A stretch of DNA of 64,000 nucleotides from an uncultured delta proteobacterium. Lineage in GTDB: Bacteria > Desulfobacterota > Binatia > UBA9968. The DNA is taken from contig CAVWLW010000050.1 of NCBI GenBank assembly GCA_963755715.1, positions 64,001 to 128,000 on the forward strand, read 5' to 3'. Within the stretch, counting starts at the first letter, position 1. Every line of letters begins with the position of its first letter. Positions 44,651 to 55,463 of this stretch are shown here, one piece after another. The notes beneath the pieces are model-generated. The model had not been told where the DNA came from. It saw only the letters and a list, made by a program, of their open reading frames with translations, and did not search any database. The position numbers and the translations under genes were made by a program.

Positions 44651-45488
44651 ATGAACACTCTCGAATTTACGCTATTGATTGGCATCGGATCATTTCTCGC
44701 CGGATTTTTAGGATCTCTAACCGGCTTGGGCGGCGGAGTCGTCATTGTGCCGCTGTTGACATTGGTTTTTGGCGTTGACATCCGTTACGCCATCGGCGCG
44801 TCGCTAGTTTAAGTAATCGCAACCTCCTCAGGCGCCGCCGCTGCGTACGTCGGCGAAGGTTATAGCAACATGCGAATCGGCCATGTTCCTCGAGATTGCA
44901 ACGACGATCGGCGCGTTGGTTGGTGCGTTGCTCGCGGGAATGTTGGCCACGTCTCTGATCGCAGTGATTTTTGGCTTGGTATTATTGTATTCGGCCTACC
45001 TGGCGGCGGTGCCGAAACAGGAATGGATCGGTGACGGCAAGCCCGATCGGCTCGCTACTTTCCTCCGATTGGATGGCGATTATCCGACTGCGACGGGACG
45101 GCAAAACTATCATGCGCACGGTATACCGGGCGGCTTCAGTTTGATGTTTGTCGCTGGAGTGCTGTCGGGATTACTTGGCATTGGCTCGGGCGCGGTTAAG
45201 GTACTCGCCATGGATCAGATGATGCGTCTCCCTTTCAAAGTGTCCACCACGACGAGCAATTTCATGATCGGCGTCACCGCGGCCGCCAGCGCTGGGGTTT
45301 ATTTAAGCCGGGGCTACATAGAACCTGGATTAGTAATGCCGGTCTTGCTGGGGGTTCTCGCCGGATCACTGCTCGGCGCGCGGGTTCTGATCACCGCTCC
45401 AACAAAGAACTTACGGATTGTCTTTAGCTCCGTGATTGTGATCTTGGGCGTAGAGATGATTTTAAACGGAATAACCGGAAACTTGTAA
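44651..45488 (+). pseudogene. sulfite exporter TauE/SafE family, internal stop and frameshift
   Basis: GSLTGLGGG, GLLGIGSG, STTTSNFMIGVTAA; TAA at 44810-44812. Confidence 0.85.
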
Positions 45489-45489
45489 G

Positions 45490-45894
45490 ATGAAACTGCA
45501 GAGTGAACGAGCCATGCGCTGGCCTGATGAAAAAGTCGAGGCGGTGATGGGTAAACTCCTAATTGCCGGCGTGCTCCTCGCCGCGTCCGTAGTCTTATGC
45601 GGCGGCGCTCGTTTTCTTTATTTATATGGGGCGGCAACGCCTCACTATCGAGTGTTTCACGGTGCGCCGTTGGAACTGCGCACACTGAACGGAATACTCA
45701 GAGATGCAACCGCCCGGCGGGGGCAAGGCTTGATTCAACTGGGCGTTCTCATGCTTGTGGCAACTCCCATTGCGCGCGTGGCCTTTTCGATATTCGCCTT
45801 CGCCCGGCAGCGCGACTATTTGTATGTGAGCTTAACGTTGATCGTGTTCACGCTGCTCATGTATAGCTTCGTCGGCGGTCTCTACGATTTTTAG
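45490..45894 (+). CDS. DUF1634 family membrane protein
   Basis: LIQLGVLMLVATPIARV...DYLY; the usual partner of this TauE subfamily. Confidence 0.8.
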   Translation: MKLQSERAMRWPDEKVEAVMGKLLIAGVLLAASVVLCGGARFLYLYGAATPHYRVFHGAPLELRTLNGILRDATARRGQGLIQLGVLMLVATPIARVAFSIFAFARQRDYLYVSLTLIVFTLLMYSFVGGLYDF

Positions 45895-46134
45895 ACAAAA
45901 ACACTGCAGCCTCAGCGAGTTTTAGGCCGAAGCCATAGTCAACCGTGGCACTTGACCTCATGGCAGCACCATTTTGCCACACAGCGAGATCAATTAGCCG
46001 CACTTTGTTCCTCGCGAATTCGCGACGGAATCGCAATATCCAATCGACCCTCCGTTTACGACGGCGATCCGCGTCCATCATCGAGCATAGCTCCGGCATT
46101 TTTCTTGCGAAAGTCCTCGTCTGGGACAAACACG

Positions 46135-46952
46135 ATGAGTCGCAGAGAACAGCATGCTTGGTGCGTCGATGATATCCCGTATGTCGAATCGAAGCGAAAC
46201 GGGTTCAAGCCAATTGCCAATTGTTCTATTTGCTGGCATCCGCCTCGTTCGTAGAAGTTTCGTCGGAACTTTACACCGAGAATTTGCTCGCTTAGTTCGC
46301 GGGCGACAACGAAATGACTGACTGGCTCCGCAATCATTGGCTCGTGGAGGAACTCCGACACGGCACCGCGCTGAAACGATACATCAATGCGGTTTGGCCG
46401 GAGTTTGATTGGGGCCAAGTTTAGCGCAAATTTTACGCCGAATACTCGCTGTGGAGCTGTGCGAAGCAATTGGGCCCCACGCACGCGCTCGAAATGGTCT
46501 CGCGATGCCTGGTTGAGACGGGTACGTCGTGCCTCTACACCATGCTCTACCGGCTCACCGAGGAACCGGTATTACGCGTACTGATGGCACGCATGAAAAA
46601 AGACGAGATTTATCACTATAAAAACTTTTTCGATTGTTATTTGCGTTACCGGCATGACGAGCAGCCGCCGGCTCGCGTTGTGCTTAAAACGCTATGCAAA
46701 CGGATTTCCGAAATTGACGGCGAAGATGCCTTTATTACTTTTAAGCATGTCTTTGAACAATGCGTTCCTGACCGACCGTTTACTGCTAACGACTACCGAT
46801 TATTCTGTCACCACTTCATGGGTCTCGCGAAGCGCTATTTTCCGTACAACATGGCTGCACAGATGTTTCTGCGACCGCTGAACCTAGGGCCCTGGTACAA
46901 AGGCATTACCGTTCCGCTAGTCTCCACTGGTGCCAAATATTTCATTCACTGA
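46135..46952 (+). pseudogene. ferritin-like (diiron) protein, disrupted
   Basis: ASASFVE, EELRHG, RCLVETGTS, DEIYHY, with stops and frameshifts in the 5' half. Confidence 0.75.
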
Positions 46953-47029
46953 TCGAGCGAAAATTGATGGGCTTATTGAAAAGAATCGTCGTCGGTCACG
47001 ACTTGCGATGCAGCGGTGACATCGCTCTG

Positions 47030-47323
47030 CAATCGGCGATCGAGTTGGCCATGAGGTGCACCGGCGGCCACGACATCGCGCCGAACATAGTCATAGGCGC
47101 TTCGAGCACAGCCGGCGCAACCTGATCGAGCTGATGCGCCATCTCACCGCGCTGCCCGTCTACGACAACAGCGCGCACGCCGATCCGGCGACCGGCAAAA
47201 CTCCCAACTTGAACTGGTGCTCCACATGGAGCGCAGAAAGATACGCAACCCAACGATCTGAAACACACGCCCGATTAGGCAAGGCCAATCGTTGCCACGG
47301 CGCTAAAGCTGCACCAGCGTTGA
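47030..47323 (+). pseudogene. remnant of a zeta-like toxin paralogous to 16700-17344
   Basis: GGHDI...RRFEHSRRNLIELM..LTAL.VYDNSAHADPATGK. Confidence 0.8.
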
Positions 47324-47419
47324 TCCTCACGCTGCAACACAAACCGACGATGCGTGGCGTGCCCGCTCGACATCGGGACTTCGGTACAGGCGTTCGGGAA
47401 TTTGTCTTAGAGACAGGCT

Positions 47420-47700
47420 ACTTTTCTTCTCGCTGCGCGGTCGGCCGCGTGATCGCAATGTGCTTCCAAGTCCGAAAGTCTCAGCTATTTCCCTTTGCCA
47501 TTCTGAGTGACCGTACGATCTTTGCCGATTCAGGCATTCCCGTACTGCCACCACTTGCAACTCGTCCAACGGATTTTTCAACTGCACCGACCACGAATTC
47601 TCTTCATCCGTAGGCAGGCGATCTATAAGCTGCCTTCGCAGAACGCCGCCCGCTGCCCTTTGCGCAGGGTTGTATTCCTGGGTAACGGGGCCAGAAACTA
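47420..47700 (-). pseudogene. RAYT-type transposase C-terminal relic
   Basis: VRECLNRQRSYGHSEWQ..IA..FGLGSTLRSRGRP ending in AAAAGTAGCCTGTCT. Confidence 0.7.
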
Positions 47701-47982
47701 CACTTTGCACATTGAACCTTGAACCGGCGATCGTTCTATGGCCTATTGCCTTCATCCTTGCCTCAAGTCTATCTTGAGTGAAGCGCTGGAAGGTTGAAAG
47801 GGTTCCGTTTGGGAACATTGAAACTTTGAACGATCTCCGGCGTTAAACGTCTTGAACGGACTAGATTCGGGGGATCGCACGGCTTGAACGATTTGAATTC
47901 TCCCGAGTATTACGTTGAGCTTTGAACCTTGAACCATCTCTTTACTGTTGCCTCATCCCTATTCGCTTGAAGGAGGAAATAA

Positions 47983-48663
47983 GTGAAAACACAAAGACTG
48001 TCATATCCGCTGGCATTGGCGCTCTGTTTCAATGGCTATTACGCCACCGCGCCGACGATCGGTCAGGCACAGCAACCGTCAGCGCAACAGAGTAAGCCGG
48101 CCGCAGGCGCAAACGCGGCGAGTAACGAAAGCTCAAGCGATGGCAAGCCACTTCGCTCGCCCGATGTCGTTTATGTACCGACGCCCTATGAAGCCGTCGA
48201 GGCGATGCTCAAAGTCGCCAAGGTCGGCAAGGACGACGTAGTGTACGATCTGGGGTCGGGCGACGGGCGCATCCCGATCATGGCGGTGCAGAAGTACAAT
48301 GCTGCGCGCGCTATCGGCATCGACATCAATCCCGACCGCATCAGTGAAGCACAAGCGAACCTCAAGACCGCGGGCGTCGGCGACCGCGTGCGCTTTCTCA
48401 ACGAAGATTTGTTCGAAGCGAAGATTAGCGATGCGACCGTGGTGACGCTCTACCTGTTGCCCAGCCTCAATCTTAAATTGCTCCCGAAACTATTGGCCGA
48501 ATTGAAGCCGGGAACCCGTATCGTCTCGCACGCCTTCGACATGGGCAGTTGGAAACCTCAACAGACGCTTAATGCCAATGGAAGCACTGTGTATTTCTGG
48601 ACGATTCCGGCCAAGGGAACGCCCGAATACAATGCTGCCAATGCCGCGGCAAATAAAATCTGA
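47983..48663 (+). CDS. class I SAM-dependent methyltransferase with signal-peptide-like N-terminus
   Basis: DVVYVPTP, VYDLGSGDGRI, ATVVTLYL, GTRIVSH.F; AAGGAGG RBS. Confidence 0.9.
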   Translation: MKTQRLSYPLALALCFNGYYATAPTIGQAQQPSAQQSKPAAGANAASNESSSDGKPLRSPDVVYVPTPYEAVEAMLKVAKVGKDDVVYDLGSGDGRIPIMAVQKYNAARAIGIDINPDRISEAQANLKTAGVGDRVRFLNEDLFEAKISDATVVTLYLLPSLNLKLLPKLLAELKPGTRIVSHAFDMGSWKPQQTLNANGSTVYFWTIPAKGTPEYNAANAAANKI

Positions 48664-48776
48664 CGGGTTGCGCGGAGTGGTTTTTGGAGCCCGTTGTCCG
48701 TTGCCACGGTTGACCTTCTTTTCTCCTCACGAGAGGATTCTCTTTCCCGGCACGTTCGGCACCTCGGGACTGCGCG

Positions 48777-51239
48777 TTATGCGACCGCAGGCTTGATCGC
48801 GCGGCCGGTTGAATGAGTCTCCAACGGTCCAAACTGTCGAGCGATAAACTGCTTGATCGATTCATCGTTGGCAAAGATCTTCTGGGCGCGAGCCGTATCG
48901 ACTTCAATAGCGATAACATTCGGATCGTCGGTCCGGGCCTCCCGGAACACGCCGTTATGAATCATGCGCCGGACGGAAAGCCGATTGTCGTCCGTCGGGG
49001 TTAAGTAGTGCACGAGATCCGTCTTGTATCGATGCAGGAGAAAAAAGTGCATCAGGCTCATCAGACGCCGGGAACGGTATTTTTTGAGCGTGTTCTGGTC
49101 TTTGACCGCGAGAAATTTCCGGCCGGCCCGGTCCTTATCGACTCTAAACATGATCTCGGCTATTTTGTCACGGGCTTCGTCGAAAACATTGAGCATCATC
49201 TCTTCGGACCCGGCCCATCTCTCCTTCAGCTCGACGCTGAGATCACCGCCGGTGTAAAGGCCTTGGCGGGTCCAGTGCTGCCCCCACATGCGCAGCCAAC
49301 GTTCAAGCACACTCGTCGGCACTTCAACCGCCTTGCGATGCTGCGTCTCGGTTGATTTTCCGCCCATCGAAGTGGTCGTCAGCGACGGCCCCCTAGCGGC
49401 GCGCCGAAACCGGTCCGCCCAACCCCCACCGACAAACGTCTGAGGATACTGCGCTGGATCATTGGCCAAGCGCAGCGCGCGCTGAATCAATCTGACAAAT
49501 CCCAGCACGCCTTCTTCCCGTAGCGCCCGCGCTAAGCGGCCGTTCATCAGGGCCTCGGTTTGGTGGCCGCCGTAAGTGATAAAGTTATAAACATAGCCCA
49601 TCTTGCCCAACTCATGGGCATAGCTTCGGATCTGGCCATCGGTGAATCCCCAGGCATCCCAGTTCCAAGACGGCGAGAGATTGTAGGCCAGCATCTTGTG
49701 CGGGAACACCGCATGAATGGCTTCGGCCCAGTCTTTGTCGTCTTCCAAGTCCGGTTTGGCGGTCTCACGCCACACCAGGTCGGCGAAAGGCGCCATTGCC
49801 AACCCGCGACCAATCGCCATTTCCCGCCCGCCGGTAATCGGATAGAAACCTTCCGAGGTTCTCGGCAAATCCCAATCCCAAAAAATATCGATGTCCATGG
49901 ACTTTGCCCGCGCTCGCGCTTCCTCATGCGATACGCCCTTGGCAAATTGCCTCCACCGGTCGATCGGCATCGGTAGTTTCGTCTTGTTTTGCTGCCGCGT
50001 TTCCATAACTTCGGCGACGGCATCGGCATACGTTTTGAGGCCGGCTTTTTCGGCCCAAACCTGGCGGACCGCCGCGAGCACGCTATCCAGCGTCTCTTCG
50101 GTAACTTTTTTGATCATGATCTCAAGGGTCGCCAGTTCTTCGCGAAATTTGCGTTGACCGGTTCGTGGGTGACGAGCCTGCTGGCGGAGCCGTTTCAAAG
50201 CCGCCGCTTCCTTGTTGATCTTCTCGATCCCTTCGGTGATCCGCTGGGTCAAGCGTTCTTGTTTCAGCCATTCGCCCGCGGTCTTATACGCCTCTTCCGA
50301 GATCCTGTGCAGCAGGTGTCCATTGATCTCCCTGAATCCCGCCTCATAGAATTTTCTAATCACTGCGAGATTGACGTTCTTGAACGGCACGATGTGACGA
50401 TCGGTGGCCCCATAAACGAACGGATGGTCCCGCTCGTCATCCACGGTATCGATGGCCGTCGCATCGTGAGCATCGGTCCGGGCAACAATCACCCCCGGCA
50501 CTTTCATGGCGTCAAACTGTAGACGCGCGGTATTCAGACGCGAGATTATTTCGGCGGTAGAAACAAGAACCTTTTGTCCTTGATGTCCACAGACCTTGCA
50601 TCCTGCGCGTTGGTCTTCGATATGGATTGCGCCGATCTTGTTCTCGACAAATTTCTTGACCAGATTACGAATGTGATGCTCGCCCCCGTGTCCCGTATCC
50701 CCATCGGGAATGATCATGGGCGGGTTAAACTCGATGGCCGGCGTTTTCTTCCGTTGTAATGATGTCATCCTGATCCGGTTGGACCGTTGCACCTCATCTT
50801 GATGCAACAAGGCCCGCACCCACGCAGCCCCTTCCTTGGGGACGCGGTCCAACGCATAGTTGGCGAGGTCTGCGCCCGGGTCCTCGGATTCCGATCCCTT
50901 GGCGGAAGTGGCCCAGCCCCCCAGATAAAGAACTTTGATGCCTTCCATCACCGCTCGCACCGCTCCCGTCGACGAGAAGGGGCCATAGGTGATCTCCTGT
51001 TTTTTTTCGACGAAAAGCCGCTGCAGATAGTCGTGCATCTTGCGCGCCGATTCTCTGGCGATCGTGTAATCCTCCTGCAGGCTGCCGCGGAGCGACACGA
51101 CTTCGAAGGGGGTGTGCAGACGGGTAATGTGGCCGAACCTCTCGCTGTGAAACCAGGTCTCCGTCTCGCGTAACTCTTTCGCCCACTCCACGGCTTCAGG
51201 ATCGCGCCGTGCGTCTAGTCGGGTGATTTTTGCAGGCAT
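48777..51239 (-). CDS. aceA: isocitrate lyase, long ICL2-type with C-terminal extension
   Basis: LYLGGW, DGDTGHGG, HIEDQ...KVCGHQG, VARTDA, ADLVW.ET, LAYNLSPS.NW; 820 aa. Confidence 0.9.
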   Translation of the reverse strand: MPAKITRLDARRDPEAVEWAKELRETETWFHSERFGHITRLHTPFEVVSLRGSLQEDYTIARESARKMHDYLQRLFVEKKQEITYGPFSSTGAVRAVMEGIKVLYLGGWATSAKGSESEDPGADLANYALDRVPKEGAAWVRALLHQDEVQRSNRIRMTSLQRKKTPAIEFNPPMIIPDGDTGHGGEHHIRNLVKKFVENKIGAIHIEDQRAGCKVCGHQGQKVLVSTAEIISRLNTARLQFDAMKVPGVIVARTDAHDATAIDTVDDERDHPFVYGATDRHIVPFKNVNLAVIRKFYEAGFREINGHLLHRISEEAYKTAGEWLKQERLTQRITEGIEKINKEAAALKRLRQQARHPRTGQRKFREELATLEIMIKKVTEETLDSVLAAVRQVWAEKAGLKTYADAVAEVMETRQQNKTKLPMPIDRWRQFAKGVSHEEARARAKSMDIDIFWDWDLPRTSEGFYPITGGREMAIGRGLAMAPFADLVWRETAKPDLEDDKDWAEAIHAVFPHKMLAYNLSPSWNWDAWGFTDGQIRSYAHELGKMGYVYNFITYGGHQTEALMNGRLARALREEGVLGFVRLIQRALRLANDPAQYPQTFVGGGWADRFRRAARGPSLTTTSMGGKSTETQHRKAVEVPTSVLERWLRMWGQHWTRQGLYTGGDLSVELKERWAGSEEMMLNVFDEARDKIAEIMFRVDKDRAGRKFLAVKDQNTLKKYRSRRLMSLMHFFLLHRYKTDLVHYLTPTDDNRLSVRRMIHNGVFREARTDDPNVIAIEVDTARAQKIFANDESIKQFIARQFGPLETHSTGRAIKPAVA

Positions 51240-51744
51240 GGGGAGTGCCTCCTGAAGTGAGGATGCGTTAAGATCCCAGGGACCTTTAGACGATCACTTT
51301 CAATGGCGAATTACAAGAAGCCGTAGAGTCCTTTCGGTTCGCCGTCGACGACCCAGACGCAGTATGCTGTCGACCCCGAACATCGGCGCCATTGCAGCTT
51401 GCCAGACCGCTTTTCCGAACGATCTCTCCCGGTTCAGTCGGTCACGAACCACGCGCACGAACATGGGCTTTGTGATTCTTCCTCGCGGAATTCTCGCCAC
51501 GAAGCGCTTCTCTAACAGGAGTGATAAAAAATTATCAAGATTGTCAAGATTAGAAAGTCTGGCCCTGCGCTCTCCCCTTTCTTTGAGTCCTCGCGTCAGG
51601 AAAGCCGAGCTGGGTCAAGCTAAAAGAATTGTCTTGAATAAAAAGCGTGAGCCACCTCACGCCTGCCTTTACATTTCGACGTTTCGAGAATTCCCGAAAC
51701 GTGGAAGTTCGTTCAAGGATTGAAAAGGCTCACAATGAAAAAGT

Positions 51745-51796
51745 AAGTGATGTGCCAGCCGTACCCAGGAAGAAAATGGCGGTTGGCGCGCGGCAT
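51745..51796 (-). pseudogene. RAYT-type transposase N-terminal stub
   Basis: MPRANRHFLPGYGWHIT, near-identical to 56365-56424. Confidence 0.65.
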
Positions 51797-51956
51797 CGCT
51801 GGCTCTTAGAGTAAATGATTCAACCTCAAAAAGTGGACGCTAAGCCTCTAATCGACGCCTATATCACAAACTTATGTCGGGGAATCAAGATCTTGCGCTG
51901 TCCGACCGGCGAGATGTTTCCCTAGAAATTCTGACCCTGTCGTTTCCCCTCTCGGA

Positions 51957-52466
51957 TCATCTTCCCGCCGCGCGCGCTCCAGTTTGTCCGTCCTGATACC
52001 CGAGCGCGCGCGCAATCCAGGCATCAACGCTGACTCTTCCCGGTCCGGAGCAGATTAACCAGACCAAGATGATGATATACATGGTTTCAGGCAGATAGAG
52101 GAAATCGTCGAGCCAGTCGAGAAACGAGAGCCCTTTCGAAATCGTCGCAAGCTGCACCGTCGTGATCGCGACGATCATCTGGATGATAAGAGCAGCGCAG
52201 CACAGGCTCGAAAGCAACCCGATGACGAGCAGGCAGCCGCTGATGAACTCGACCGAGGAGACGAAATAAGTCATGAAATGCGGAAAAGGAATTCCGGCGC
52301 CGGCGAGGGTTTCATACATCCGGCGGGTGTGGCTGGCGACGAAGAGCTTGTTTCCTCCCGAAATGGCGAAAAACATTCCGAGCAAAACGCGGGCGAGTAG
52401 GATCGAAAATTGCTCCCACGAACGGTTTCCGAGCAGCACTGACCGGATCAATGCATCAGGCTTCAT
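51957..52466 (-). CDS. DoxX family membrane protein
   Basis: LLARVLLG.FF...G.NKL, GIPFP, VEF..G.LL..GL, GPGRVSVD. Confidence 0.88.
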   Translation of the reverse strand: MKPDALIRSVLLGNRSWEQFSILLARVLLGMFFAISGGNKLFVASHTRRMYETLAGAGIPFPHFMTYFVSSVEFISGCLLVIGLLSSLCCAALIIQMIVAITTVQLATISKGLSFLDWLDDFLYLPETMYIIILVWLICSGPGRVSVDAWIARALGYQDGQTGARAAGR

Positions 52467-52604
52467 GGCGTTAGTTCCTCTGCAAGTTATCCTATGAAAA
52501 GCGTTCCCTCGAACGTCCGCTCGCCTCACGGGCACGTATTCACGTCACTTGTAATATAGTTTATTTTATTGCCTTGGAATCCCCTCGGGAACAGAGACTA
52601 ACCG

Positions 52605-53014
52605 ATGACACCAGAGTTGGAACGCGCCGTCGAGCGCTATAGACAGTGGTTCGGTTCCTACAAAAAATCGGGTGAGTTGATAAAAGTGCAGGTTTGGCTC
52701 ATCGTCAATAAGGGATGCATCGAGTTTCTGAGCCTCGATGATTCGTACAAAGTTAAGCGCCTACGCAGGAACCCGCGCGTAATTTGCTATATCGGCGATA
52801 AAGAAGGCCCTCAGATCGCTGGTACTGCCGAAATCGTGATGGGCCGAGACGCCCTCTGGCGGGTCTATCGAGCTATTGGAAAACCCACCCGCTAGTGATG
52901 GCAGTCATCGCCCTCCCAATTAGACGGCGCATAAAAACTCGCAAACAGGTTCTCATTCGCGTCCGCCCAGATGAGCCGAATCCCTTGGCCGGCGTGACGG
53001 ATCCTGTATTTTGA
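52605..53014 (+). CDS. pyridoxamine 5'-phosphate oxidase-like (PPOX class) protein, one frameshift
   Basis: SYKKSG...VQVW...SYKVKRLRRNPRV. Confidence 0.65.
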
Positions 53015-53110
53015 TCCCAAGCCTCTTCTACTCAGCCGGCCAGATTCTCGGTCTTTCAAAAACTCATTACGCCGCGCTTAACCTGACCACGAGAATGCTG
53101 CCTTATCGGC

Positions 53111-53542
53111 CTATTGTGGCTTAGGTATCGAATTGATCGGTCCGTGTGATTTGGCCGTGCTCTTGACGAGAAGAGGCTGAATTATCCGAATCAAGATTTC
53201 GCGATTGATTGGCTTTTGAATAAATCCTCCGAATACTTCGGAAACAAGTTTCCAAGCTGCCTCCGAAAAATAGCCTGACATGAGAACCACGGGTATGTGC
53301 GGCCATCTGGCACGAGCACGGACCGCGAATGCGATACCATCCAGGTTGGGCATCCGTAGGTCTGTGATAATTAAATCGAAGCAGGACTTCTCAAGTAAGT
53401 CTAGGGCTTGGACCCCGTCGTCTGCTTCTGTGAAGACATAGTCAGGCTGTCGGAGGATCCTGGTAAGTAGGATGCGAGTCGCCGGATCATCGTCCACGAG
53501 AAGGATATTAAAAGGGCCGGCGATCGCCACATCGGACTGCAT
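53111..53542 (-). CDS. single-domain response regulator
   Basis: ILLVDDD, DLIITDLRMP, MSGY, IQKP. Confidence 0.9.
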   Translation of the reverse strand: MQSDVAIAGPFNILLVDDDPATRILLTRILRQPDYVFTEADDGVQALDLLEKSCFDLIITDLRMPNLDGIAFAVRARARWPHIPVVLMSGYFSEAAWKLVSEVFGGFIQKPINREILIRIIQPLLVKSTAKSHGPINSIPKPQ

Positions 53543-53917
53543 GCGTTTGTTTGCTGCTTTCGGTCTTCTGACTACGCAAATGGGCTGCCCAAGGACTTTC
53601 GATAATTTTACGAAGGATTTCTATAATTTTCGTGACAGTTTTGACGTTGGTTGTCCGAAATTTTCTAACAGTCTGGGGGTTTTCACCGTCACATAAACGA
53701 AGAGGCAGCCTTGCAGAGGGATCGTACGCATCGCCTTCGTAATCCAAGGAGATGTGTCATTGCAAGACCTTACCCCGAGTTTGCGCGCTAGCAGGATAAG
53801 TCCGTGCATAATTCGACTCCACTCGATTTCAACTCAACAGCTTCTAATCCCTGAAGCCAACAAGAAAAGTAGCCTGTCCCTTTTCTTCCCTCGTGGGTTT
53901 GACTCCCTCTCGACGCT

Positions 53918-54892
53918 TTATCTGGATGGGATGCCCTTTTCTATGATCAGCCCCGCTCCCAGTTCGCGTTCAAACACTTGAATTTCACGATATCCAAACG
54001 TGCGCATCGTTTGTTCCAAGACGACCAGTCGCGGCAGGATTTCGTCAATATCTTTTACCTTCTTTAACTCGCCGAACTCCACGTCAGACATAGCTTTCAG
54101 TGCCGCGATTTTCTTCGACACGGTCTCGAGTGAAAGCCGCACCCCGTCCACTCGATCTTGGGATAGAAGGTAACGGGCCGCATCCTCCATTTCCACGCCC
54201 GCATAGCCATCGCGGTTCTTCATAAAATCGGCGGCAAGAAGATGGGGCGACAATTCCTGATGATACCGCTCACTCGCCTCGGCAAACGTTGCCGCCGGCT
54301 GAAAAAACTGCTGAAACGCGATCCAATGACCCAATTGCAAGATGCTCCATTGATAACCGCGCACCGAGGAGGCCACTAATTCAATCGTCCGACTGCCGTT
54401 ATCGATGACCGCAAAATTACCCGTCCCTAGCGTGCCGACCAGATACGCCAGCTGCGATTCACGTTCTTGAGAGGCAATTTCCAAGGGCAGGTGGAGCGAC
54501 TTGGCGATTTCTACCACCTCACCCTGGTTTTTGGCCTCCCGAAATGCGGCGGTGGCCACAGCCGCGCGCTTCTGGATCCCCCTCGATTCACAAACCGCCA
54601 AATATTTTTCCAAGGTCCGTCGGATTTCTTTTAGCTTGGGCGGGCTGATCACACCGGTCTTTGAGATGTCATCGCCCACACCCACGTGGTTTTTTATAAA
54701 CTGATGCTGAATGTAGCCGCCCGCCTTCATCTCGCCGACCATGACCTTGAAGCTATTGCTCCCCATATCGATCGCGCAGATCAAGCCCGTATCGGAGGCC
54801 ACGGCGGAGAAAGGAAAGAGCAACCCCATGAGAAGCAGCAATACAATCATAAGTCCCTCCGGTTGGGTGCATTTTGGGATCACGCTTTTCAT
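53918..54892 (-). CDS. Ppx/GppA phosphatase (ASKHA fold) with signal peptide
   Basis: AIDMGSNSF, VATAAFREAKN, ERES, VIDNGSRTIEL; N-terminus LLLLMGLLFPFSAVA. Confidence 0.8.
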   Translation of the reverse strand: MKSVIPKCTQPEGLMIVLLLLMGLLFPFSAVASDTGLICAIDMGSNSFKVMVGEMKAGGYIQHQFIKNHVGVGDDISKTGVISPPKLKEIRRTLEKYLAVCESRGIQKRAAVATAAFREAKNQGEVVEIAKSLHLPLEIASQERESQLAYLVGTLGTGNFAVIDNGSRTIELVASSVRGYQWSILQLGHWIAFQQFFQPAATFAEASERYHQELSPHLLAADFMKNRDGYAGVEMEDAARYLLSQDRVDGVRLSLETVSKKIAALKAMSDVEFGELKKVKDIDEILPRLVVLEQTMRTFGYREIQVFERELGAGLIIEKGIPSR

Positions 54893-54963
54893 TGGCGGTC
54901 TTTGGGCTCCCATACAGGAGTCGAACTTTAGGTGATTCGATCGGCAGTACCTGGCGTTTAAAC

Positions 54964-55212
54964 CTATGTGCGACGCATAATGTGGAGGGCGATGTAGGGA
55001 ACCAGGTTGAAGAGAAGGATGCCGATCTTGAAGATCGACATCCCGGCGTAGTGAAGCATGTCGAACTGCTCGACTGACAAGCGAAACCACCGGCTGTGCA
55101 ATAGATACATCCGATCGTGCGCCAGCACGAAGAACAAAAACCACACTAAAAGGATTGCATAGTTGATGACGGTACACCATACCAGCGCTTTGCGCGTTAT
55201 CTCGAGAGTCAT
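54964..55212 (-). CDS. small membrane protein (DUF6868-like)
   Basis: WCTVINY.ILLVWF...H..WF.LS.EQFD..HY.GM..FKI.ILLFNLVPYIAL. Confidence 0.75.
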   Translation of the reverse strand: MTLEITRKALVWCTVINYAILLVWFLFFVLAHDRMYLLHSRWFRLSVEQFDMLHYAGMSIFKIGILLFNLVPYIALHIMRRT

Positions 55213-55463
55213 TGTCTACCGCCAATCCGCCGATGGCCTTCGGCCGTGAGAATGCCATTCTTTGTTTCCGTCGAGATAAGTTAGCTCGTTAAAGAATTGA
55301 GGACACGTGATAAGCGTATCCTCTGGGAATCCTCGGCACGCAGCGCTTCTAACATACAGCCACATCACCTTCAATGAAAAGTAGCCTGTTCCCTTTTCTT
55401 CCCCCAATTTTTTCCTCAGCCGCGTGTTTAGCAAAAAGAAACATTCGTGGCATACTCCGTTTC

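Noticed and set aside
44810-44812. Programmed read-through or selenocysteine in tauE
   Set aside because: The stop is TAA rather than TGA, and a frameshift follows, so mutation or sequencing error is simpler.
54893-55258. N-terminal extension of the 446-aa Ppx ORF
   Set aside because: It overlaps the DUF6868-like gene in another frame. The signal peptide suggests a start near 54892 or 54850.
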